Shown here in pieces: positions 19,116 to 29,149 of a stretch of 64,000 nucleotides of DNA; within the stretch, counting starts at the first letter, position 1, and each line of letters opens with the position of its first letter. Origin of the DNA: Spirochaetia bacterium (GTDB taxonomy: Bacteria > Spirochaetota > Spirochaetia > CADAEX01). The stretch is taken from the NCBI GenBank assembly GCA_963662265.2, contig CAXXHA010000001.1, positions 247,672 through 311,671 of the forward strand, given 5' to 3'. The notes below the pieces were generated by a model. That model was not told the origin of the DNA. It did no database searches and saw nothing but the letters and a program-made list of their open reading frames with translations. Made by a program: the position numbers and the translations under genes.

Positions 19116-19149
19116 CGCTTTCGAGCACTTCCCTTCAGGAAGTCTCTGC
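19116..19149 (-). promoter_or_regulatory. Conserved pre-RBS hairpin element, copy 2 (before floA)
   Basis: mRNA GCAGAGACUUCCUGAAGGGAAGUGCUCGAAAGCG, at the same distance from SD and AUG as copy 1. Confidence 0.6.
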
Positions 19150-19175
19150 CGCTGCTGATAAAAAACAAGTTTTTA

Positions 19176-20495
19176 TCAGTTTTCTGTTTTTTCTCTGGCA
19201 ACAACAATATTGTTGCTTTCTATTTTTTGTACAATAACTATTGTGTTTTTCTCGATATAACTCCCGTTACTTACAGCCTGATATATCATTCCCCCGATAT
19301 CAACCTTTCCCGAGGGTCTGAGAACAGTCACTGCTGTTCCTTTCATTCCGACAAGGGAGGTGTCAGTTTCCACCTTGAGATTCATGTCTGTAGAGGGATC
19401 ATCCTGAAGAGTAAGACGCCTGAATGTCTTCGTCTTTATGACTGTCTTATAGCTCAGCACAAGAAAAATCACTGACATGAGTATAATAGTGCTTAAGGCT
19501 GCCCCTGCAGCCGCATAATCAGACATATAGGGAATATCAGAGATCATGGAGAAATAAAGACCGCCGAAAACAAGTATAATGCCGGAAATCCCGGCAAAAC
19601 CGAATCCGGGAATGACAAAGACCTCAAGAACAAGAAGTATTAGGCCCAGAATAATTGCACTGATCTCAATCCAGTTAGCCATTCTCAATATGTAATGACT
19701 CATTATAAAAGCGGTAAATGCAAGGATTCCGATTATTCCGGGAAACCCGAATCCGGGGCTTCTCAGCTCGAAGAAAATACCGACCATGCCAAGTGTCAGG
19801 AGAATTGATGCAACAGCAGGATTGGTAAGCAGCCTTACAATAGTCTCCTTCAGAGAGACAGTAACATCAGTACTGTTTTTAATTTCCAGATATTCAAAAA
19901 GTTTATCTTCATCTTCTATGATTTTATCCGCAAATCCAAGCTCAAGGGCCTCCTCTGCAGTAAGAGTCAGAAGCTTCCCCTCTTCAGAGATATCAGGAAT
20001 AACAATACTCTCATCAACCATAGCCTCCCCGACAAGGGGGTCCCTTCCCTTTGCCTCACATGTCGACCTCATCTCTGCCCTCATGTATGAAACCTGCTTT
20101 TCTGTAAGTTTCTGTCCCTGCTGATTCACAGGTGTTACTGCACCTATTGTGGAACCTTTAGTCATGAAAACCTGGTCGCAGGAGAGAGTAATAAGAGCAC
20201 CTGCAGAAATTGCCCTGCTGTTGACAAATGCGGCTGTTTTGATTTCCGTGCCAATAATTGCATCCTTGATTTCTGTGGCAGCATCAACCCTGCCCCCGAA
20301 TGTGTTGATAAGAAATACAATATAATCTGCTTTTTTATTTTCTGCTTCCTCGATTCCCCGCTTCACAGTGAGCGGAAGCCCCAGATCAATCATCCCTTCG
20401 ACAGGGATAACAATGCTTTCTGAAAAGATATTACCTGAAACTGTTACAAGAAACAGGAAAAAAAATATTTTAAAATATGCTGTTTTTTTTATCAT
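19176..20495 (-). CDS. nfeD: NfeD-family membrane-bound serine protease (ClpP-class domain, TM region, OB fold)
   Basis: INTFGG, AISAGALI, LLTLTAEEA and LRPSGK motifs; adjacent to floA. Confidence 0.9.
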   Translation of the reverse strand: MIKKTAYFKIFFFLFLVTVSGNIFSESIVIPVEGMIDLGLPLTVKRGIEEAENKKADYIVFLINTFGGRVDAATEIKDAIIGTEIKTAAFVNSRAISAGALITLSCDQVFMTKGSTIGAVTPVNQQGQKLTEKQVSYMRAEMRSTCEAKGRDPLVGEAMVDESIVIPDISEEGKLLTLTAEEALELGFADKIIEDEDKLFEYLEIKNSTDVTVSLKETIVRLLTNPAVASILLTLGMVGIFFELRSPGFGFPGIIGILAFTAFIMSHYILRMANWIEISAIILGLILLVLEVFVIPGFGFAGISGIILVFGGLYFSMISDIPYMSDYAAAGAALSTIILMSVIFLVLSYKTVIKTKTFRRLTLQDDPSTDMNLKVETDTSLVGMKGTAVTVLRPSGKVDIGGMIYQAVSNGSYIEKNTIVIVQKIESNNIVVAREKTEN

Positions 20496-20728
20496 ACTTA
20501 ATTATAGTCTTATAAAAGCTGTTAGTACAATAGAGTTTTTTCTGCTGGCAATATTGCTGAAGAGTAAGTCCTTTTTCCATTAAAACAGTAAAAATAAATA
20601 CAATATTCGGCAATACATAGCGTTTTCCTTATATACCTGCTGTTTCTAAAATTGACAACAACAGGTAAAAGAATGTATAAAATAAATATTACTGAAACTG
20701 CTAACCGCTTTCATTACAAAACAACAAC

Positions 20729-21496
20729 TTGCTGTATCATATGGAAAAAGGATTTCTGCTTTTGAATAAAAAAAGTATTATCAAAAGAACTGCAAAAAAA
20801 ACAACATTCCTGGTCTTTTTCACACTGTTTATAACAAATTTGGTAATTTTCATATTCAAACCTGTAGTTCTCAGGGGAATGATAATTGGAAACCTTCTTT
20901 CATTTTTCATCCCTGTTCTTGTGGGAATTATCTTTCTTTATGAAATTGAACTGAATACAGAAAAAATCAATTCTCTGAACAAAGAACTGAAAAAAAGGGC
21001 TTACAGGGATTACCTGACAGATCTTTACAACAGGAGAAAACTGTTTGAAACAACGCCTCAGCTTATTGAAATTGCAAGGAGATACAGTCAGCAGGTTTCT
21101 TTCTGCCTGTTTGACATAGATGATTTTAAAATTATCAACGACACAGAAGGACACCTTGAAGGGGATAATCTTCTTATTGAAATTGGAAAAATCATGAATA
21201 AAACATTGAGAAAATCAGATATCCCCGGCCGATTCGGAGGAGATGAGTTTTATATATTTTTCCCGTTAACAGAGGAAGAACAGGCTCTTTCAGCAGTTAA
21301 TAAAATCAGGCAGAAGATAGAGAAGGTTACAACCCCTTCCGGCAGGAAAATAACCTGCAGTTTCGGAATAACTTCTTACAGGAGTGATGAAATACCGGAG
21401 ATTTCATTTATATTGAAAAAAACTGATGATGCATTATATGCTGCAAAAAACAACGGGAAAAACAGGATAATTACCAATAATTCAACTGTTGCCTGA
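20729..21496 (+). CDS. Membrane-anchored diguanylate cyclase (GGDEF); start codon uncertain
   Basis: Two TM segments, DYLTDLYNRR, DIDDFK, RKSD I-site and intact RFGGDEF. Confidence 0.9.
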   Translation: MLYHMEKGFLLLNKKSIIKRTAKKTTFLVFFTLFITNLVIFIFKPVVLRGMIIGNLLSFFIPVLVGIIFLYEIELNTEKINSLNKELKKRAYRDYLTDLYNRRKLFETTPQLIEIARRYSQQVSFCLFDIDDFKIINDTEGHLEGDNLLIEIGKIMNKTLRKSDIPGRFGGDEFYIFFPLTEEEQALSAVNKIRQKIEKVTTPSGRKITCSFGITSYRSDEIPEISFILKKTDDALYAAKNNGKNRIITNNSTVA

Positions 21497-23374
21497 ATTT
21501 TCAAGCTCTTCCCACCTGCCATATTTATCTTCAATAAGGCTGATTACCTCTTTATAGCGGGAATCAGCATTTTTAAGTTCCTCAGATCCCGGAGCTTCTG
21601 TAATAAATACTTTTTCAAGCTCCTCTTTTTCAGTTTCAAGAGCAAGTATATCATCCTCAATAGTTTCAAGTTCCCTCTTTTCCCTGTAAGAAAGACCTCT
21701 TGAACTCCTGTTGACAGCTTTTCCCGAACCTCCATTATTTTCCTTTTTCGGCAATGTATCCTTTGCAGTATCCTGATTCAGCTTTGACGGAAGATCGCTG
21801 AAGTATTCTGTAACATCGCCAGAATAACCTTTAACATTCCCCGAACCATCCAGAATGAAAAGCATATCTGCAGTCCTGTCAAGGAAAAACCTGTCATGGG
21901 AAACAACAACTGTGCATCCTGCAAACCCTGAAAGGAAATCCTCAAGCACAGACAGTGTCTGAAGATCGAAATCATTTGTCGGTTCGTCAAATATAAGAAA
22001 ATTGGGATTTTCAAGGAGTATTTTAAGTAGAAAAAGCTTTTTCCTTTCTCCCCCAGAAAGATTTGATATTTCTGTATAAAGAAGATTTTTAGGAAAGAGA
22101 AACATCTCAAGAAATCTTGAAGGGGAAACCGTACTTCCATCCTTCAGTGTTATTACTTCCGCTGTTTCCTCAATATAATCAACAGCCCTCATGTCTCCGG
22201 GCAGTTCCCTTGACATCTGGTCATAATAACCGATCTTCGTATTTATTCCCCTGTCGACAGTACCGCTGTCCGGTTCTGTCCTTCCTGCTATAATATTCAG
22301 GATAGTACTCTTGCCGCTGCCGTTTGGTCCGATTATGCCTATCCTGTCACCTTTTTTGAAACTGAAAGTAAAATCACTTACAGCTGTAATACCGGGGTAT
22401 TTTTTTTCAATATCCATCATATCAAGAATCTTACCGCCCAGCCTCTTTCCTGATACCTGAAAAGATGCAGATGATTCTTTTTCTCCCGTGAGCCGCATCT
22501 TGAGATCAAAATAACGTTCCTTACGCTTTTTGTCCTTTCCTGCCCTTGCCCTGGGACCCCGTTTTATCCATTCCGATTCATTTCTGAGAATATTTTTTAT
22601 CCTGTCATTTTCTCTTGCTCTGGAATTTTCCCTTTCAAAACGTGTAACAAGATACCTGGAATAATTTCCATCATAGGAATAGAGAGTTTTATCCTCAATT
22701 TCAAGAATTTTTCCGCAGACAGCATCCATGAAATACCTGTCATGAGTAACAAGAAGAACAGCTTTGCCGCATCCTGCAAGGTATTTTTCAAGCCACCGGA
22801 TTGTTCCGATATCAAGATGGTTTGTAGGCTCATCAAGAATAATAAGATTTGAATCTATGACAAGTGTTCTTGCTATTGCAGCTTTCTTTATCATTCCACC
22901 GGAGAGAGTATCCATTCTCTGTGAAAGATTATTAATTCCGAGTTCTGATAAAATTGAATGAATCCTGCTTTCAAGAGACCAGCAGTCAAGACGGTCCATT
23001 TCCTCCATAACAGCAGAATACCTGTTGATTAATTCCTCATCACCATCTTTAATCAGGAATGAGAGTGTTTCATACTCCCGGATGACACTGATATCTTCCG
23101 ACTTCCCTGAAAGAATGAAATCAGCAATTGTTTCAGATTCCTTAAAAACAGGATGCTGTTCAAGAAATGTGCATTTAAGAATGCTGTTACAGGCAACTGT
23201 ACCGGATTCCACCCCTCTCATCCCTGCAAGAAGCCTGAGAAGTGTTGATTTGCCGCATCCGTTCCGGCCGAGAAGGGCAATCTTCTCCCCTTCATTTATA
23301 CCGAAAGTTATATTGCTGAATAATTCTCTTCCCCCCTCGGTATGGGAAAGACTGTTTACAGATATCAGGTTCAT
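21482..23374 (-). CDS. ABC-F family ATPase (Uup-like)
   Basis: Two ABC cassettes (GRNGCGKS, LSGG, LDEPTNHLD; GPNGSGKS, DEPTND), no TM segments, C-terminal LSYREKRE...RWEELE tail. Confidence 0.9.
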   Translation of the reverse strand: MNLISVNSLSHTEGGRELFSNITFGINEGEKIALLGRNGCGKSTLLRLLAGMRGVESGTVACNSILKCTFLEQHPVFKESETIADFILSGKSEDISVIREYETLSFLIKDGDEELINRYSAVMEEMDRLDCWSLESRIHSILSELGINNLSQRMDTLSGGMIKKAAIARTLVIDSNLIILDEPTNHLDIGTIRWLEKYLAGCGKAVLLVTHDRYFMDAVCGKILEIEDKTLYSYDGNYSRYLVTRFERENSRARENDRIKNILRNESEWIKRGPRARAGKDKKRKERYFDLKMRLTGEKESSASFQVSGKRLGGKILDMMDIEKKYPGITAVSDFTFSFKKGDRIGIIGPNGSGKSTILNIIAGRTEPDSGTVDRGINTKIGYYDQMSRELPGDMRAVDYIEETAEVITLKDGSTVSPSRFLEMFLFPKNLLYTEISNLSGGERKKLFLLKILLENPNFLIFDEPTNDFDLQTLSVLEDFLSGFAGCTVVVSHDRFFLDRTADMLFILDGSGNVKGYSGDVTEYFSDLPSKLNQDTAKDTLPKKENNGGSGKAVNRSSRGLSYREKRELETIEDDILALETEKEELEKVFITEAPGSEELKNADSRYKEVISLIEDKYGRWEELENSGNS

Positions 23375-23544
23375 GAAAACAATCTAGCAGATTAAAGGGA
23401 ATTAGACCATATTATTGATAAAAACCAGCCTGTTATCTGCCTGATCGTATACAGCCTCAATAAACATAATCAAAAACAATTATTCATTCTTTATCTTGAC
23501 CAATGTTCTGGTAAAACACATCTTTTTTCTCTAATATTATATAT

Positions 23545-26034
23545 ATGAAAGAGAGAATATCTATTCTGCTCATTTTCCTGCTGCTCATTTTATCCTCCTG
23601 TATGAAGGGAGCAGGCAGCAATGAAAAAACAGATATTACACCGGAAGAAATAAGATGGCTTGACAACAATATAAACAGCATTGTCTTCACACCTGACCCG
23701 GCATTCCTGCCGTTTGAAGCATTTGACGGCAGAGGAAATTTTATCGGGATAGGAGCTGATTTTCTCTCTGAATTTGAAAAGCGGCTGTCTGTTAAATTCA
23801 AAACAAGACAGCTTAAAGACTGGAGCGCCGTATTAAAACAGCTTGAAAGCGGTGATTCATCAGGAGTCATGGCAATAACAAAAACACAGGAGAGAAGCAA
23901 ATATCTTGATTTTTCAGAACCATATATAAATGTTCCTGTAGTTATACTCAGCAGAGAGGAACTGAAGCCGTTAAAACAGCTGAACAGGGCATTATCATAC
24001 AAGACAGGAATGACAACCGGGTATGCATATTTCAACGCAGTTAAAGATCAATACAACTACCTTAATTATGTAGATTTTGATACTGATATTGAAGGGATAA
24101 AACAGCTTGCCTACGGAAATATTGACCTGCTTGTAATAAATATAGCAAGCGCGTCATATTACATCACCGAATATGGATTGACAAATCTGAAGGTATCGGA
24201 AGAAACAGATTATTCTTTTAAACTTACCGTTGGTATAAACAGGAATATGCCCGAGCTTCTTTCAATTTTCAATAAAATACTCTCAGCCATGCCGGAAAAT
24301 GAAAAAAAGCAGATAATAGACAAATGGATAAGTCTGGGTCAGCCATGGTATGAAAAATATCCAAAGCTGTTTATTTTCATCATTGTTGATATAATTGTCC
24401 TTTTTATAGCATTTTTCTCCTTTTTCCTTGTTATGATAATTAACAGGACTCTTAAAAAAAGGGTGGAAGCACAAACTGAGGAACTGTTAAAAACAGAAGA
24501 ATTTCTTAAAGAGCTTCTTGAAATCATACCGGATCCTGTCTTTGTAAAAAACAGCAAACATCAGTATATACTTGTAAACAAGGCATTTACAGAAATACTG
24601 GATAAAAAACCTGAAGAATTAATCGGTAAAACAGAATTTGATATTTTTTCAGAAAAAGATGCTGAAAGATTCATTGTTTCTGATTTGGCAGTCTTGAACA
24701 AGAATACAATTCTCACATATGAAGACACCCACAGGACAAAAGAGGGAAAAATCCTCAACCTGATTGCAAAAAAAACAGCATTGACAAGGTATTCAGGAGA
24801 AAAAAACATAGTAACAATTCTTCATGATATTACAGAGCTGAGGGAAAAAGAAAAAGAGCTTATGCAGGCCCAGAAGCTTGAAACAATAGGTAGGCTGTCA
24901 GGAGGATTTGCGCATGATTTCAACAATATTCTGGGGGGAATTATAGGGCCTATTGAACTCATTGAATATGAAATAAACAGTGAAGATGAAATCCCGGTAA
25001 AGGAAATTATGGAATATACAGCACTGGCAAAAAAATCATCTGAAAGGGCAAAAAAAATAATACAGCAGCTGCTAAGCCTCTCACGGAAAAATCAGAAAAA
25101 ATTTGAACCTGTTGAGGTCAAAAAAGCTGTTCAGAATGTTATTGATATTGCCTCATACAGTTTTGACAAGCAGGTTGAAATTAAAACAATTACAACAAAC
25201 TCCCCGTACTATATCATAGGCGATTATTCCATGCTTGAGCAGGCACTTTTAAACATACTGATAAATGCCTGCCATTCAATGACAATTATGAGAAGTGACA
25301 AAAGAGAATGGGGCGGAACAATAACAATTGAAATTTCAGAAAAAAATATAGCAAAAGAAGAAGAAAAAACAGAAACAGGATCTCTTGCACCTGGAAAATA
25401 CTGTATTGTCAGGATATCAGACACAGGGATAGGGATGGATAAAAAGACCAGAGAACTTATTTTTGAACCTTTTTACAGCACAAAAAAGGGAGAGGGAAGC
25501 GGTCTGGGACTGACAATGGTTATAAATATTGTAAACAGTTTCAGCGGTTCCATAAAACTGGAATCTGAAAAAGGAAAAGGAACAGAGTTCACACTTTTTT
25601 TTCCTGTAATTAAGATTAAGCCGGATAATGAAGAATCTTTTAGCAACAGTATAATAAGAGGCAGCGGAAATATTGTTATTATAGATGACGAGGAAAGCAT
25701 AAGATCGACTTCCTCAACAATGCTTGAACTCTGCGGATATAAAACAAAGGCATTTTCAAACGGAAAAGACGCACTGGAATATATTACAAAAAACAGCGAA
25801 TCTGTCGACATGGTTTTACTTGATTTTATCATGCCGGGATTATCTGCACAGAATACCTACAGGGGTATAAAAGAGATAAATCCGGAAATTGCCGTCATAC
25901 TGATCTCTGGGTCCAGCAACGATGAAAGAATTAAACCGCTGCTTGATGCAGGTATAGACAGTTTCATTCCAAAACCTTTCACCCTCCAGGCACTTTCAGA
26001 AGAAACCGCAAAAATACTGTTCAGGAAAAAATAA
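23545..26034 (+). CDS. Hybrid sensor histidine kinase (periplasmic solute-binding domain, PAS, HisKA, HATPase, receiver)
   Basis: AHDFNNIL H-box, NILINA N-box, DTGIGM, FEPFYSTK, GSGLGL and receiver DD...LLD...KP motifs. Confidence 0.93.
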   Translation: MKERISILLIFLLLILSSCMKGAGSNEKTDITPEEIRWLDNNINSIVFTPDPAFLPFEAFDGRGNFIGIGADFLSEFEKRLSVKFKTRQLKDWSAVLKQLESGDSSGVMAITKTQERSKYLDFSEPYINVPVVILSREELKPLKQLNRALSYKTGMTTGYAYFNAVKDQYNYLNYVDFDTDIEGIKQLAYGNIDLLVINIASASYYITEYGLTNLKVSEETDYSFKLTVGINRNMPELLSIFNKILSAMPENEKKQIIDKWISLGQPWYEKYPKLFIFIIVDIIVLFIAFFSFFLVMIINRTLKKRVEAQTEELLKTEEFLKELLEIIPDPVFVKNSKHQYILVNKAFTEILDKKPEELIGKTEFDIFSEKDAERFIVSDLAVLNKNTILTYEDTHRTKEGKILNLIAKKTALTRYSGEKNIVTILHDITELREKEKELMQAQKLETIGRLSGGFAHDFNNILGGIIGPIELIEYEINSEDEIPVKEIMEYTALAKKSSERAKKIIQQLLSLSRKNQKKFEPVEVKKAVQNVIDIASYSFDKQVEIKTITTNSPYYIIGDYSMLEQALLNILINACHSMTIMRSDKREWGGTITIEISEKNIAKEEEKTETGSLAPGKYCIVRISDTGIGMDKKTRELIFEPFYSTKKGEGSGLGLTMVINIVNSFSGSIKLESEKGKGTEFTLFFPVIKIKPDNEESFSNSIIRGSGNIVIIDDEESIRSTSSTMLELCGYKTKAFSNGKDALEYITKNSESVDMVLLDFIMPGLSAQNTYRGIKEINPEIAVILISGSSNDERIKPLLDAGIDSFIPKPFTLQALSEETAKILFRKK

Positions 26035-26089
26035 AAAAACAGTCAAATCAATGATTACATCAGACAAACAGACTCTTACGATATTATTT

Positions 26090-26156
26090 TATCGATATTT
26101 TGTTGCAATATAATATAATTCATGTATAATAAAAAGTTGATAAGTGCCTATCGATA
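26090..26156 (+). promoter_or_regulatory. rex promoter flanked by two TATCGATA palindromes
   Basis: TATCGATA at 26090-26097 and 26149-26156. TTGCAA (26103-26108), 16 bp, TATAAT (26125-26130). Confidence 0.55.
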
Positions 26157-26170
26157 AATCAGGAGGTTGA

Positions 26171-26794
26171 ATGAAAGCACCGCTTCCTACAGTGAAAAGA
26201 GGTCCGCTTTATATGCGGATACTGAGAGAATATCAGCAGAACAGTATTGAATGGATTTCTGCAACAGATATCGCATTAAGATTCAAACTCACTCCTATCC
26301 AGGTAAGAAAAGACCTGGCCCTTACAGGGGTAACAGGAACTCCCAAAAAAGGATTTCAAGTTGATGAACTTTTAATAGCATTAAAAGAATTCCTCGGATG
26401 GAACAACACGAATGAAGCGTTTCTTGTCGGGGCCGGGCAACTAGGTTCAGCTCTGCTTGGACACAAGGGTTTCGCAGATCACGGTCTCAGTATAGTTGCG
26501 GCATTTGACACAGACCCTGAAATAATCGGAACAGAAATCCATGGAACAAAAATCATGGATATAAGCAAGCTTGAACTTCTTGTAAAAAGAATGGGTATAA
26601 AAATCGGGATAATCACTGTTCCGGCAGTCTTTGCGCAGGCGACAGCTGAACTGCTTGTCGATGCCGGAATAAAAGGGATATGGAACTTTACCAGCGCCAA
26701 GCTTAAACTGCCTGATAATATCATTGTCCACAGGGAAGATCTTGCTGCAGGCTTTGCAGTGCTTTCTGCGAAGATATCCAAGTTGGAGAATTAA
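26171..26794 (+). CDS. rex: Redox-sensing transcriptional repressor Rex (divergent paralog-type)
   Basis: Winged helix with QVRKDL, Rossmann GAGQLG, IITVP and GIWNF motifs; AGGAGG RBS. Confidence 0.92.
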   Translation: MKAPLPTVKRGPLYMRILREYQQNSIEWISATDIALRFKLTPIQVRKDLALTGVTGTPKKGFQVDELLIALKEFLGWNNTNEAFLVGAGQLGSALLGHKGFADHGLSIVAAFDTDPEIIGTEIHGTKIMDISKLELLVKRMGIKIGIITVPAVFAQATAELLVDAGIKGIWNFTSAKLKLPDNIIVHREDLAAGFAVLSAKISKLEN

Positions 26795-26809
26795 TTAAAT
26801 CTTCTGTTT

Positions 26810-28441
26810 TTACTTTACAGTTATGTTTATTTTTTTATTTTTCAGCCCGTCCTTCCTGACGTGATAAAAATAAAGGCTGGCTCCTTTTTCAAGACCGGTG
26901 ATATTGATCAGCCTGCTTTCACTGTTGTCCACATATCCTGATGAACTGTAGGAGCCCTTATCGACATCTATGAATTCAAACCTTTCATCCTCATTTTCAT
27001 AATTATCAACAATAAGCTCAATATTTCCAGCTTCTTTCATAACATAAACAAAATATGAAATATCTGAACCTGAAATTTTTATCCTGTTTTTACCTTCATC
27101 AAGAACTTCAGGATTACTGCTGTAATTATTCAGCATCCTCACACCTAAAGGATCAAGAAGAGGATCTACCTGTATATCAATATAATATTTCTCACCTTCC
27201 GAATAGCTGTCGCTGATATCATTCACAGTAAAATAAAGGAGATCACCTTTCCGGGCGGCATATTCCTGAAAATCAAGCTCGCCGCCCTCTGATCCGGTAG
27301 TCCAGTCTTTGTAACTGTAATCATTTCCGTAATAGTAAAGTTCCGCAAGTCCTTTAAAATCCCGGACAGTGCATTTTACATCACCCTGTTCAGGTACTTC
27401 GAAAAAATAATAACTTACCCCTTCAGCTTCAACACTTCCTTCCCATACCTCATCAACGCTCAGTTTTACAGGATCATCAGGTGTCCCTTCCGAATATGCG
27501 CTTCCGGATTCCGGAATATCTGCAGAACCGCCGCCTGTGCTGTAGGCCGGAAGCTCATGGGGGCTGTCTTCAGTAATCTTTCTCTCTGCCCCTGAAATCC
27601 ATTCAGTAATTTCAGCAACAGTAGTCCTGTTCATTATTATTCTTACAATTCCATGAGGCAGTTCAGGAGTATACCAGACATCAAGAGTCCCGGTTCCTCC
27701 ATTATCAGGGATTTCCCCCTGGTAATGAACAGCCTCTATTTTTTTCCCTCCAGCCTCGACAACTTCAACACCTATATTTTTTATATTTTCATAGACAGGC
27801 ATCAGTTTCTGGACTGCATATTCATCACGTTCTTCATCCAGCTTTTCCTGAATCTCCTTATCACTCATACTCAGCATGGCATCAAGCACACTTTCCCCGA
27901 ACATAGTATCGCGGCTGAACGCTTCACCTGTTTCTGAATTTCTGAAACGGACAGTAACGGGGACGGAAAAACGGTTAGTCAGAACTTCATAAAAAACAGG
28001 CTCCTCCCCTTCCCTGGTATGTTCTGTCTGCCACCAGATTTCACCTTTGCCGTTTGTTTCAATTACAGATCTTCCAATTGTTTCCCTGACCTGTCCGCTA
28101 CTGTCATAAACAGAAATCACACATCCATCACCGGTTCTGTATACGGAACTGTCAAGACCGTAAATTATTGTAAGATAATCCTCAAAAATATAATCTCCCC
28201 ATGTAAACTGGTTGAAATAATCAAAACTATTAATAAGTTCATGAAACTGGACAAGAGATTTTCTCAATGTAATCTGAGAATAGGGTTTCTTTATTTTCAT
28301 TACACGGGCCTTTTTTACCGTAGAACTTTCCGAAGAAGAGAATGAAACAGCCTTATTACCGGCAGTAGTCGCACATGACAGGATAATAAAAAATGAAAAT
28401 AAAAAAATAAGCCTGCCTGCTGTTTTAATAACATTGCACAT
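26810..28441 (-). CDS. Hypothetical lipoprotein with beta-rich C-terminal domains
   Basis: Lipobox-like ILSC after a hydrophobic signal, GGAGG RBS, long ORF. Confidence 0.7.
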   Translation of the reverse strand: MCNVIKTAGRLIFLFSFFIILSCATTAGNKAVSFSSSESSTVKKARVMKIKKPYSQITLRKSLVQFHELINSFDYFNQFTWGDYIFEDYLTIIYGLDSSVYRTGDGCVISVYDSSGQVRETIGRSVIETNGKGEIWWQTEHTREGEEPVFYEVLTNRFSVPVTVRFRNSETGEAFSRDTMFGESVLDAMLSMSDKEIQEKLDEERDEYAVQKLMPVYENIKNIGVEVVEAGGKKIEAVHYQGEIPDNGGTGTLDVWYTPELPHGIVRIIMNRTTVAEITEWISGAERKITEDSPHELPAYSTGGGSADIPESGSAYSEGTPDDPVKLSVDEVWEGSVEAEGVSYYFFEVPEQGDVKCTVRDFKGLAELYYYGNDYSYKDWTTGSEGGELDFQEYAARKGDLLYFTVNDISDSYSEGEKYYIDIQVDPLLDPLGVRMLNNYSSNPEVLDEGKNRIKISGSDISYFVYVMKEAGNIELIVDNYENEDERFEFIDVDKGSYSSSGYVDNSESRLINITGLEKGASLYFYHVRKDGLKNKKINITVK

Positions 28442-28601
28442 AAAAAACCTCCGTCCTGAATATAATTATAACTGTAAATAGATCAGATTTAAAATATTTT
28501 TTTAGGGATATATTATCTTGTTTGATCCTGTATAAATCTGGCAGGAAAGTATTTTCAGTTTAATCTTCAACATCAAATCAATATCACTTTCCCATATGCA
28601 T

Positions 28602-28991
28602 TTATTTCACTTTTTTAAGTGGTGGATACAGAATGAAAAGCAGTAATACAAGAAAAAGGAAGAATGTGTATGACGCGATAAAATATGCAAATGGAAGATC
28701 ATAGTATATTATTTTCTCTATCCAGAATTCCATAAATGATTCACTGTAGCGGCTGCTTCCCGCCCTGGCCCTGAACAGGTTTTCAAGATCTGTAAGAGGG
28801 CAGATTCTTCCGATCCATGACTGGACTGTTACAAAAATAACAGCGCATAAATGAATAATCCTGAACATGAAATTACGGGGAGCTGAAAGCTTCAGAAAAT
28901 ACCCTGCAGCGGTATAAAGGAAGCCTGAAACAACAAATAAAACAAAGAGAAAATGGATAAACAGAACTGATGCAGATAAAAAACTGAACAT
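28602..28991 (-). CDS. DUF2784-like membrane protein
   Basis: HFLFVLFVV, RIIHL and ICPLTDLENLFR motifs. Confidence 0.75.
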   Translation of the reverse strand: MFSFLSASVLFIHFLFVLFVVSGFLYTAAGYFLKLSAPRNFMFRIIHLCAVIFVTVQSWIGRICPLTDLENLFRARAGSSRYSESFMEFWIEKIIYYDLPFAYFIASYTFFLFLVLLLFILYPPLKKVK

Positions 28992-29149
28992 TTAATTCCT
29001 GTCATAATATAAAATTATTTTAAAGCGCAGGTTTTCAAATAAAATGATGAAGCATTTATCTGACAGGGCGGGAATGTTATAATAAAGTTTTTCAGCTAAA
29101 CATGTCTCTGCAGAACACAGAAAACCGGTAATCAGGCCCTGAAAACATG

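Noticed and set aside
20604-20631. sigma28-like TAAG-N16-GCCGAATA upstream of nfeD, and weaker matches upstream of both MCP genes
   Set aside because: The matches are imperfect or mis-spaced in AT-rich DNA and cannot be separated from chance without TSS data.
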